Virus record (IMG/VR): IMGVR_UViG_3300020473_001965
Span: 124,001 to 188,000 of that record
DNA length: 64,000 nt
Reading direction: 5' to 3' (one strand)
The translations under genes were made by a program, and so were the position numbers. Below are positions 54,386 to 63,348 of the stretch, piece after piece. Every line of letters starts with the position of its first letter. Positions within the stretch are counted from its first letter, which is position 1. The notes below the pieces were generated by a model. That model saw only the letters and a program-made list of their open reading frames with translations. It had not been told where the DNA came from and ran no database searches.

Positions 54386-54670
54386 CTATAATGCGTTTGA
54401 TATAATACCTAAATCTGTAGGTATTCTAAGAAAAGTTCCGGGTGGGCACTGCAGACCCCAACCTATGTCGGAAGCGGCGGCTATTACCCACCAGAGGCGT
54501 GTGTCTCCATAGTATTTGTGTGCAACGTGATCCAACCTCTCAGATTCTCTTAGGGCAAGCTCTTTTACAGGTACTTTTTTCCTCTTGACAAGCCCACGTA
54601 CAACCCTTATAGCGTCAGATGTTCCGTAGTAAAGCCTTTCACGCTGAGAAGTTATCTTATGTCTTTTCAT
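54386..54670 (-). CDS. LysM / tail protein X-like baseplate protein
   Basis: ERLDHVAHKYYGDTRLWWVIAAAS...PGTFLRIP. Confidence 0.82.
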   Translation of the reverse strand: MKRHKITSQRERLYYGTSDAIRVVRGLVKRKKVPVKELALRESERLDHVAHKYYGDTRLWWVIAAASDIGWGLQCPPGTFLRIPTDLGIISNAL

Positions 54671-54673
54671 TCG

Positions 54674-57600
54674 TTAGTCTCCATTCGGCTTACTCTTTTC
54701 ATATGGCCCTCTGGCAAGCTTACCTACAGAGTTTCCAGCATTGTAGATTGGTGCCCTGTTCATTCCGTACTTATCTAATCCAGGCCCAATATCGTGGATT
54801 GGGGAGAATGAGATTGTAATCTGACAAGCTTTTGGCGCTTTTGATCCTTCTGAAGTTTCCCAGGTTATTTGATCAAGCCACTGAAAGTCCATCTGAGTTA
54901 TGAATCCTGCGAGGCCTCGACCCATGGAGGATTCAAATGCCCTGACAACTGGGTTTGTCTCAGAAGACATGAATTCTCCAAAGTCTGGTGGGTCTGCAGC
55001 AGGTGCGTACTCAATTGAATCAGGATCTACTTCAAAGACCCCGGCCTTGGCAAGAATATAATACGGTATTACAACTTTAGAAAGATCGAGATCCCTAACC
55101 TTCATAGCTTGTTGAAATGTCCCATATTTTAAAGCCGCTGCCGCCAGGGCGCCGGCGGCACCTACCACAGTTTTTCGGGCCGGAGGTATGGGCGCAGTGA
55201 CTTTACAATGAGCTATTCCGTATTTTGATATATTGCCAAAATCGCCAGATGTCAATCCCATTTCTAAAGATTCTAGTGTTGGTTCGATTTTTGAAATCTC
55301 AAAGACCATACCAGACGGAACCCAAACTTGACGCATCTTTTCTTTTCCGTCCTTCTGGATCATGACTTTCACTCTTTCTTTACTGGTGAATTTTGCGGAA
55401 ATTGCGCCAAGGAGAGGCGGCTCGGCGTATTCTGGAGTTGCACTTTTATTAATCGCTGAATTTACATCTTCCGTCAGCTCGACTGCAGAGATGATATCAG
55501 ATGCAGCCTCGGCAGCAAAGTCTGGATTTACACCTGGGCCGAAAAGCCTTGCCAGTGCAAATTTAGAATAATTTGATTTTATTAAATCACCTAATCTCAA
55601 TCGAATCATTGGAGATGCTGCTAGTACTTGTGAGAACGGGGCAGTAAAAGGTTTGTCATCATTTACGTCTGGGTTTTGCACCATGGTTCCGCCAGAATAC
55701 TGTGGGTACATCAGTGTCGTCAGCTTGTTAATCTTCCACCACATCTCATCAAAATCCCTCGGATTAGTTGAGACAACCCAGAAGGTCATTCCAATCGCTC
55801 GCTGCGTATTGTTGTAAATCATCACTGGATCTGCACGGCCGTACCCTTGATTTGAGTCATAATTGGCTGTATAGGAATCAGATAGTGACGTCAAAAAAGC
55901 ATTAAATGATACAATTTCGTTTGTTCTAATATCGTGAAAATAAAAAGGCATGTACTCGCCTTCGCAAAGATCTTCTACTTTTTTAACTAACTCGGCTGAA
56001 AGTCTTGTGTCGCCTGAATCGAGAACCTGTTGCTTGTATCTATGGTCATCCCCCAAAGCGTCTTTAAACTCATTTTGATAGTTTGGATCTTCTAGACCGA
56101 ATGATACTATTTCACCGCCGACAGATTTTGCCATTGTCAAGACGTCTGCACTTATCAAGTAAGTACTGGGAGGGGCTCCCTGGCGCCAAACTAGTGTTTG
56201 ATCAGCCCCGTCGATTGTATATCTACTTTTACCTACTCGATATTCTTGAATTCCTGCCTTTAACTCTATTGCATCGATTGATGAGACTTTTGTATCAATA
56301 ACTCCTGAAGCATCGCCAGGTTTAGAAATTATCTTGGATGCATCAGCTTCAATAAGGACGTCTTCGTAGATATCACCCATTGCTGCTAGCATGTTTATGT
56401 AGCCAATTAGTTTCGAGTTCCTAATTGTGGCAAAGAGGTCAGCAATTGCGCCTAAGGCAGCGAACAGACCTCCCTTGAAAATGTCACCAAACGCCAGGCC
56501 GATCTCAATGGTCGATCTAATGACAGCACGGAAAACAATTGAATAATAACCCGGGGAGTCATTAATGTTTCTCCCGCCCGGCAAGAATGAAAATATCCCA
56601 CCTGAGCCTCCTTTGAAGGCATCTACTTCTCCAAAGAAAATTTCTGTCCCTAATGATGTCGCCTCGACAAAATCCATGTTCGTAGGACGTACACCGAAGA
56701 ACGATGGTTTAACAAGCGCCGCTCCGCTGCCTCGGAAAAATTTACCTATTTTTCCTGGGTTTGGGTTGTTATACGATGATACTAGCTTATTACTCGATGG
56801 AAGAGGTAGGATCAGTGCACCAATAATCATCGCCACAAGATCTACTAGTATTCCAATTGCTAGAACAAGCGCAATGACAAGCACAGTCATTCCCATTTTT
56901 GGTGTTGCGCCGAACGGTTCAAGTGGGCTGTTTAAAACACCCCAAGATTTATCACGAAAACCCTTGTAGACTTTTGTAACAGATGCACCTTTAGTCTCTC
57001 GGTTTCCTCCGCCGAAACCGGGTTTCTCGACATTACGAGCAAGAACATCATTGGGGTCAACTTTTGTAGCCCCTAGCTGCTGGAGAGAAGGTAGGATCGC
57101 TGCCAAGTCGCCCGTTGACGGTGAGTGTCCTGTCGCAGCTACGATGAGCTTGTGACCGATATCCTTCATCTCTTTTAGCTTAACACCCCCAGAGTTACTA
57201 TCATACTCACCTAATTTGTCTTGCTTCGAAACAAACTTCAAAGCATCAACATCACCTGATGACATCGGGGATCTGGATGGGTTGTAGGGTGACTTACCAT
57301 CGGGGTGGAATCTATTGAATTGTGTCAAAACTGGGCTTATTAAAGCTTTGTCACGAGCCTGCTTAAGGGCTTCATGACCGGTTTTTGCCTCATCTTTTCC
57401 TGACTTATCAACAACATCAGCTATTTGATTTCCATCAAAGGTTCCGCCGCCCTTAGCATCGGGTGCAGACCCTCCTGAAATGGTATCATAATACGATCTT
57501 AGACCTGCTGCGTCGATGTTTTTATCGTATGAAACAGCAGATCCGCCGGATCCTACTGTGTGGTGGGCGCGGCCGCCGTCGTCAGCTATGATAGAAAAAT

Positions 57601-57823
57601 CTTCAGATCCCGGTTTTAAAAAATACCTGTTCGATTCATTTGTTTCTTTTGCAACATAGTCACCTAACGCATCTCGAATATCTTCTCGAAGATCATCAAC
57701 ACCAGGATCAGCTGTACCGTCTCCCTGCTGATCGATTATATAATCGATCTTGTCAGTACCTTCTTTGGCACCATAGGGGTGTGCCCTTAGAAAATCTTTT
57801 AATGTTGATCTTGACTCTGCCAC
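54674..57823 (-). CDS. Tail tube initiator/baseplate-like protein with a large N-terminal extension (1049 aa)
   Basis: MPFYFHDIR..F.AFL..LSD.Y...Y....GYGR.DPV.IY..T.R.I...F, P.IRLRLGDL, GFITQMDF.W...WE...KAPK...I.ISF.PIHD; lies between the TMP and LysM genes. Confidence 0.65.
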   Translation of the reverse strand: MAESRSTLKDFLRAHPYGAKEGTDKIDYIIDQQGDGTADPGVDDLREDIRDALGDYVAKETNESNRYFLKPGSEDFSIIADDGGRAHHTVGSGGSAVSYDKNIDAAGLRSYYDTISGGSAPDAKGGGTFDGNQIADVVDKSGKDEAKTGHEALKQARDKALISPVLTQFNRFHPDGKSPYNPSRSPMSSGDVDALKFVSKQDKLGEYDSNSGGVKLKEMKDIGHKLIVAATGHSPSTGDLAAILPSLQQLGATKVDPNDVLARNVEKPGFGGGNRETKGASVTKVYKGFRDKSWGVLNSPLEPFGATPKMGMTVLVIALVLAIGILVDLVAMIIGALILPLPSSNKLVSSYNNPNPGKIGKFFRGSGAALVKPSFFGVRPTNMDFVEATSLGTEIFFGEVDAFKGGSGGIFSFLPGGRNINDSPGYYSIVFRAVIRSTIEIGLAFGDIFKGGLFAALGAIADLFATIRNSKLIGYINMLAAMGDIYEDVLIEADASKIISKPGDASGVIDTKVSSIDAIELKAGIQEYRVGKSRYTIDGADQTLVWRQGAPPSTYLISADVLTMAKSVGGEIVSFGLEDPNYQNEFKDALGDDHRYKQQVLDSGDTRLSAELVKKVEDLCEGEYMPFYFHDIRTNEIVSFNAFLTSLSDSYTANYDSNQGYGRADPVMIYNNTQRAIGMTFWVVSTNPRDFDEMWWKINKLTTLMYPQYSGGTMVQNPDVNDDKPFTAPFSQVLAASPMIRLRLGDLIKSNYSKFALARLFGPGVNPDFAAEAASDIISAVELTEDVNSAINKSATPEYAEPPLLGAISAKFTSKERVKVMIQKDGKEKMRQVWVPSGMVFEISKIEPTLESLEMGLTSGDFGNISKYGIAHCKVTAPIPPARKTVVGAAGALAAAALKYGTFQQAMKVRDLDLSKVVIPYYILAKAGVFEVDPDSIEYAPAADPPDFGEFMSSETNPVVRAFESSMGRGLAGFITQMDFQWLDQITWETSEGSKAPKACQITISFSPIHDIGPGLDKYGMNRAPIYNAGNSVGKLARGPYEKSKPNGD

Positions 57824-57839
57824 TTAAGTTCACCTATTA

Positions 57840-58088
57840 CTAAGTATTCATCTTCTGAATATTCTCTTTAAACTCCTGACGCTCTTCGTCAGATAGCTCA
57901 TTTAATCCTTGATAGAATTTTGCGATGTTTGGCATGAATATACTGGTTATCTCTTCAACAAAACCTTCTACGTGTGCCTTCTGTTCTTCATCGAGCTGAT
58001 CGTAGTACTTCTTGAATCGATCGTCTTCTTGAAGCTTCTTTTTAAAGTCTACATCTAAAAGGTCGGATGGGTTTACTCTTGATGACAT
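57840..58088 (-). CDS. Hypothetical helical protein
   Basis: GGAG RBS; packed between the TMP and the baseplate gene. Confidence 0.6.
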   Translation of the reverse strand: MSSRVNPSDLLDVDFKKKLQEDDRFKKYYDQLDEEQKAHVEGFVEEITSIFMPNIAKFYQGLNELSDEERQEFKENIQKMNT

Positions 58089-58098
58089 TTCTTATCTC

Positions 58099-61000
58099 CT
58101 ATTTGGGTGGTGGTGTCTTCTTAAATGGTAAGTGTACTTTGAAGTTTTCTGTTTGTAACATTGCCTTGGCCAGATTCTCTGCGTCAAGATGAATATCAAG
58201 CGCGAAGTTAATCGATATCGGCTTGTCTTTGATCTTAGTAAATTCTTCTACGATTGATAAATGATCTTCAATATCATCGATTGTGGCTTTCAATTCAATG
58301 TTAGGAATGCCTTCAACCAGCGTGTTGATTGTAGCAAGCTCCATTGCCAGTGCTTCGATGTGCCCCTGGAGCGTAACGGCAGCTTCGATTCTCTCATCCC
58401 AGAGTTCTGGAATATAACCATAAAGGAATTCATGCTGGAATAAATCAGCTAGGTCGTTACCATCTGTAATGGCGTCTTGCATGTAACTGTACATCTCAGC
58501 AAAAGTTCCCGCGTATGCACCCATATTGTATCCCGAAGCATTGGCATTATACAACATACTCCCGATAGATTCAAATGCATTGGCCATGACTACACCCGCT
58601 TCATTAAAGTTGTCTGTCATTGATGGACCCAGCTTCATTATCTTCTTTGATGACTCGTTCAAGTTGGACATCGAGTCCAACGTACTGTTAACCAACCCTA
58701 CTTGTTTCTGGATAGCTTCTTGCTGCTCGGCGAAGGCGGACATGCCCCGGCCCATCATTTCGAGCATTGTTCCTCCGGTTGCCCGGTCTAGCGCCGTTTT
58801 GCCGTCTTCGGTTTTGGCGCGGGCTGTGTCTCGAACTCGTTGCTGACCATGCATGCCGGCGAGGTGCTGCAACTTGTTCTCCATCATCTCATCTGCGGAG
58901 ATGTCCAACATCCCCAGGGCAACCAGTTGGTCATTTCCTGCGCCCCCGAAGCCGGCTTCACTCATTTCTCGCTGCATCTTCTTCCCGGCCAAGCCCATTT
59001 CAATCATCTCTACTTGGAACTTGTCATTCATCTTCTTGATGCGTCGAAACATGCCGTCGGGCCCGAGCATAACAGATTCAAAATCAGAGATTGCGTTTTC
59101 CATCGCAGACTGAGCAGCTGCTCGATCGAACTCAATATCTGATGCATCGTGCATTGTCTTGACGATGTCTTGAACACCTCCGACGACTGTCTGGATCATC
59201 TGAAATGCTGTCTGAATGCCTTTACCAGTTGCTGATAATTCTCCAGTATTGGGATCTATTCCGAATTTTCCTGCAATTGCCGGACCTATTGCCTCCATTG
59301 CGTCGAGCGCAGTGTTAATACCTGAGTCTAGGCCTTCAATCAGCCAGCTACCATTCTGCTTCATTACTTTGGATTCAGATCCGAACTTCCAAAATTTCTT
59401 CAGGGAATCGCCCATTCCGGACGAAACCCTGCCCCACCCTTTCTTTAGACTGTTTAGCGCTCGTGACTTCTTGAATGGCGCGCCGAAACCGTCGAGTAGC
59501 CAACTGCCTGCTTTTTTAAGTCCTCCTAGAATCTTCCTTCCTGCGCCTGATTTAGTGAACTTCTTTAAAAAGCCTAGAGACTTTGAGAACATTCCGGTAA
59601 ACTTTTTACTCTTACCTTCTTTTTCAACACCCATGTTGATACCTTGCATCATCGGGCGACCAATCCACTTTGCAAGGTTTTTGGCAGGGGATCCTAACCC
59701 GATCCAGCCTCCTACTTTCTTTAATCCTCTTTTGACACTTTTCTTTGCAGAGCGGCCGATGTCTTTTGCTTTTTTAACTCCAGAATCGATGCCATCCATG
59801 ATGCCCTTTCCTACTTCTTTTGCTTTGGCTTTGGCTTTATCTTTGAGGTCCCCCAAGCCTTTCATGAGATTACTGCCAAGGTTTTTTGCCATGCTCCAAC
59901 CCTTCTTCACCCACTTGGCTGCTTTCTTAAACGGCCAAAGGAGAATGTTGACGATTGCATCTTTAGCCGCTGCAAAACCGTCGATCATCTCTTGCATTAT
60001 TGGTGGGAGCGATCCGGGCAATAGCCAAGACCATACGCTCTTAATTATTTCCCAGGCTTTCTTGAACGGCCAAGTTATGATGTCGACGAAGGCTTGTCCG
60101 ACTGAGGCGAACCATTCAATAGTGCTGTTCCAGGCGTCTCTAATCCAGTTTCCAAGATCTTGGAAGGCGCCCCAGATTACTTCTACAAATAGCCAGTGGA
60201 AGGCGTCTCCGAGACCTGCCCAAGAATCTATGAGCCCTTGTTCAAAATTAAAAAAACCAAATGTTAGGAAGTCACCAAAAGCTGCACCCCACTCTAAGAA
60301 GGCTCGAATACCCGAACCTATAGTGTCAAATACCTTTGATATAACACTGCCCGTACCAGTCCAAATGTCTTTAACCCTCGAGAGGTGCTCACCCATCTTT
60401 TTAAGCCCTTGCCAGAAGAAAACTACGGGTGTTACTAGCTTTCCAAACAACTTGCCGACACCTTTCAGCAGGCCTGCAAACTTTGATGTCTTTGGAAAAA
60501 CATTTCCAAAGAAAGTACTGAATTTACTTCCTACGTCTTTAATCCATTTTCCGGCTGACTGAAACCACTGACCTACTGTATAAAGAGGTTTAAACATCTT
60601 ATCAGCAATCTTTCCAGGGCCGGTCAGCCAACTGAGGAATCCGTTCCACGCTGCTTGAAAAGGTTTGAAAATAAAGCTGGCACCCTTCATTGCGTTCCAG
60701 ATTGTACTGAAGAACCCTCCAATAAACGCTCCCGCACCAATAATACCCAGACCTGCAACTTTAAGAAGAACAGCAGGGCTGAAAAGTGCCATTAAAGCTA
60801 AAACGATATAGGCCGCTTCTTTAGGATTAGATTTTGCCCATTCATAAATTCCCTTGCAGATCTCGGCCAGAATCAGTTCGATGTAGGGCCAGAGAGCTTT
60901 GAAGAATCGACCCCATGCGCTGAAGAGTTTCGCAAAACCCGATTCCATCTGGCCCACGTTTCCTTCCCCGGTTAGGGAGGCTTCGAACATTGGGAAGAAT

Positions 61001-62730
61001 TCCTCTAGAGCCTTTGCAGCAGCAGTTACTAGTTCAGCTGCCATTCCGGCGAGGTAGTCCAGGGCTTTCATAATGGCATCTTTGAATCCCATCCCAAATA
61101 CTGATTGGAATGTCTTGTCAAAGTCTTGAAATGCTTCGGTAAATTTACCCTGCATCAACAAGTCAAAGAATCCGCCGGGTCGTGCAAGCTGGTCCATCAG
61201 TGGAAGTAGCTTGCTGATGTTGTCAATAATCTTGTCGAAAAACCCTATGTCAACGAGGCGTTGGAAAACCTCACCTAGCTTCCAACCGAGTTCGTACATT
61301 TTCTCATTAAGTTCTTGAAACGACTGAAGATCGCCTTTTGACTTCATAAAGTCACTAAAGCCTTTCGTGATGTTCTCAAATATTCCACCTGTAGACAGAA
61401 TTTCAATCATCTTTGAGAATTCATTAGTGAGATTCTTTACTGCGGCTGTCATCTTGTCCGCATCTGACATCTGGTCTTTTGAAGCTTTCTTCAAGTCTTT
61501 GACTGATTTACCCCTGTTCTTTTGTGAGAACATCAGCTGGGCTTCCTGCTCTGATAGGCCTGTCTGAGAAGCGAGGAGTCGTAACTGCGCTGCATTCATC
61601 TTTTCAGATGATTTCCCGGCGGCGAACATTCTCTTTCGCAACATCTCCAGATTCTTAATAGGATCCTTGGCAGCATTTTTCATCATCTTCATTGGATTTA
61701 GAGCCATGCCGAATGCTTGACCTAAAGCAGCTGCTGACTTGGCAGCATTATCGAAGTTCATAAACTTGTTTGTGATTTTAGCCAGGGACTTAAATGAAGT
61801 TCCAAGAGATCTTAAGCGACCTGCAGTTACGGCTGCAGTCTTAATTGTGATGTTACCAAAGTTGGCGACATCAGCCATTATCCCACCGATATCTTTCGAG
61901 ATGACCTTTTGAGCAACCCCTGTTGCTTCCATCATTGCGTAGGATTGTTGAACTAATTCATCAGAGAAAGAATTCAGGTCTCTTCCAGTAGCTAAGGCTC
62001 GTGTTCCCAAAGCTTGCATTTCGGTTGCACCAAGACCCAGCACCTTGCTTAGAATGAGCGTATTTTCAATGTTTGGCATTAGGCCATTGGCATCTAAAGC
62101 GTTAAATGTGTCGCCTAGATCTTCAGCAGCTTTACCCACTGCGGCATATTCCTCGCCTGACATGAACTTGAACATGTTGCCAAACTTTTTCTCAACTGCG
62201 CCGGCGCCCTTGGCCATCTGGCGGAGACCCTTTGCTTGAGAACCGAACTGAGTTGCCAAATCTTGAGACTTTTGGGCAATCTCGGCACGCTTTTGGGCTA
62301 TTTCATTAGCCATCTTCATCAACGCATTGACGACTTTTAGAGGTGCAATTATAAGGTTGAAGTTAAGCTTTAAGAAAGACTTGCCTAAAGATAGGAAGCC
62401 ACCTCGCATCGCGTTGGCTGCTTTTGTCGCAAGCTCAATCGCGCTAGCCATACCCTTTAATGCTGCTGCGGCTACACCGGCTGCTCTACCAAACTTCTTT
62501 GTATCTTTAGCTGCTACACGCAAGGCCTTGCTAAGGGCACCTGTCATAGAGTTTGTTTTAGCAAGCTCTTTACCAAATGTTGATCCAAAATCTCCGCCGG
62601 CGTCGGAAAGCCGGTTAATCTCTTGTGAACCTTTTCTCCATGCAGACGTAAGCTGTTGAGAGAGCTTTATCTGCTCACCCATAGCATCATTTATGTCATT
62701 TAAATCATCAACATTGATATCAGATGCCAT
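58099..62730 (-). CDS. Tail tape measure protein (1543 aa)
   Basis: Long Ala/Gly/Lys-rich helical protein downstream of the tail chaperones; hydrophobic central segment; periodic W/F repeats; GSP-type motifs near the C-terminus. Confidence 0.88.
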   Translation of the reverse strand: MASDINVDDLNDINDAMGEQIKLSQQLTSAWRKGSQEINRLSDAGGDFGSTFGKELAKTNSMTGALSKALRVAAKDTKKFGRAAGVAAAALKGMASAIELATKAANAMRGGFLSLGKSFLKLNFNLIIAPLKVVNALMKMANEIAQKRAEIAQKSQDLATQFGSQAKGLRQMAKGAGAVEKKFGNMFKFMSGEEYAAVGKAAEDLGDTFNALDANGLMPNIENTLILSKVLGLGATEMQALGTRALATGRDLNSFSDELVQQSYAMMEATGVAQKVISKDIGGIMADVANFGNITIKTAAVTAGRLRSLGTSFKSLAKITNKFMNFDNAAKSAAALGQAFGMALNPMKMMKNAAKDPIKNLEMLRKRMFAAGKSSEKMNAAQLRLLASQTGLSEQEAQLMFSQKNRGKSVKDLKKASKDQMSDADKMTAAVKNLTNEFSKMIEILSTGGIFENITKGFSDFMKSKGDLQSFQELNEKMYELGWKLGEVFQRLVDIGFFDKIIDNISKLLPLMDQLARPGGFFDLLMQGKFTEAFQDFDKTFQSVFGMGFKDAIMKALDYLAGMAAELVTAAAKALEEFFPMFEASLTGEGNVGQMESGFAKLFSAWGRFFKALWPYIELILAEICKGIYEWAKSNPKEAAYIVLALMALFSPAVLLKVAGLGIIGAGAFIGGFFSTIWNAMKGASFIFKPFQAAWNGFLSWLTGPGKIADKMFKPLYTVGQWFQSAGKWIKDVGSKFSTFFGNVFPKTSKFAGLLKGVGKLFGKLVTPVVFFWQGLKKMGEHLSRVKDIWTGTGSVISKVFDTIGSGIRAFLEWGAAFGDFLTFGFFNFEQGLIDSWAGLGDAFHWLFVEVIWGAFQDLGNWIRDAWNSTIEWFASVGQAFVDIITWPFKKAWEIIKSVWSWLLPGSLPPIMQEMIDGFAAAKDAIVNILLWPFKKAAKWVKKGWSMAKNLGSNLMKGLGDLKDKAKAKAKEVGKGIMDGIDSGVKKAKDIGRSAKKSVKRGLKKVGGWIGLGSPAKNLAKWIGRPMMQGINMGVEKEGKSKKFTGMFSKSLGFLKKFTKSGAGRKILGGLKKAGSWLLDGFGAPFKKSRALNSLKKGWGRVSSGMGDSLKKFWKFGSESKVMKQNGSWLIEGLDSGINTALDAMEAIGPAIAGKFGIDPNTGELSATGKGIQTAFQMIQTVVGGVQDIVKTMHDASDIEFDRAAAQSAMENAISDFESVMLGPDGMFRRIKKMNDKFQVEMIEMGLAGKKMQREMSEAGFGGAGNDQLVALGMLDISADEMMENKLQHLAGMHGQQRVRDTARAKTEDGKTALDRATGGTMLEMMGRGMSAFAEQQEAIQKQVGLVNSTLDSMSNLNESSKKIMKLGPSMTDNFNEAGVVMANAFESIGSMLYNANASGYNMGAYAGTFAEMYSYMQDAITDGNDLADLFQHEFLYGYIPELWDERIEAAVTLQGHIEALAMELATINTLVEGIPNIELKATIDDIEDHLSIVEEFTKIKDKPISINFALDIHLDAENLAKAMLQTENFKVHLPFKKTPPPK

Positions 62731-62804
62731 TAGACAAACCGCCTTACGCTACAGTACCTGTAAAATAAATATACAGTTCTTAAAAATCTAGGTATATAAG
62801 GCGC

Positions 62805-63050
62805 CTACAAAGGCCAGTCAATGCCTACTTTTTTCAATTCTAAGACAGCTACTTTTTTCTCATTAACAAGGTCTTTTACCTCAGACAATGTTGTCTCTTC
62901 TGAGTCTAATGCTTCTAGAAGAGCAAGTGAAGCATCGTAGGCACGCCCCAATGTCTCTGTCCTTTTACCTTCTCGCTTAAGACCTGCATATTCCTTGCGC
63001 TCAAGAAGAGAAGAAGCAGCCCCTATAATAATTTTATCATGAGTTTTCAT
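62805..63050 (-). CDS. Small hypothetical protein
   Basis: GAGG RBS before the ATG at 63050; upstream ATAATTA; ends GIDWPL. Confidence 0.6.
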   Translation of the reverse strand: MKTHDKIIIGAASSLLERKEYAGLKREGKRTETLGRAYDASLALLEALDSEETTLSEVKDLVNEKKVAVLELKKVGIDWPL

Positions 63051-63078
63051 TTGGTACCTCAAGATTAATTATCTTCTA

Positions 63079-63348
63079 TCACGTGCTTCTTCTTAATCTT
63101 GCGGGAACTTGGGCCCTGTTTTTACCAGAGAGCATCCTTGATTGTGCGTCTTGCTGGTGTGCTGCATGTGGGTTAGGCTGTTGTTTTTCGTTAGCCTTTT
63201 CAATTTCTTTACCTGTTCTTTCTATAAACCAGTGTCGATACTTGACTGGTATGTTATAGGTCTCACTATAAGTGAAACCCATGTAATACATCAATAGAAA
63301 GTGTTGCTCAAGAAGTGCTTCTCTATCATTCGGCGTCAGGCCAAAAAA
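63079..63348 (-). CDS. Tail assembly chaperone C-terminal (gp51/gpT-like) frame, probably reached by frameshift
   Basis: The frame opens at the T7 run and reads FFGLTPNDREALLEQHFLLMYYMGFTYSETYNIPVKYRHWF; no SD before the internal TTG/ATG. Confidence 0.7.
   Translation of the reverse strand, partial: FFGLTPNDREALLEQHFLLMYYMGFTYSETYNIPVKYRHWFIERTGKEIEKANEKQQPNPHAAHQQDAQSRMLSGKNRAQVPARLRRST

Noticed and set aside
59216-60562. 448-aa plus-strand ORF
   Set aside because: Antisense shadow of the tape measure gene, with no motifs or RBS. The same applies to the many short plus-strand ORFs opposite real genes.
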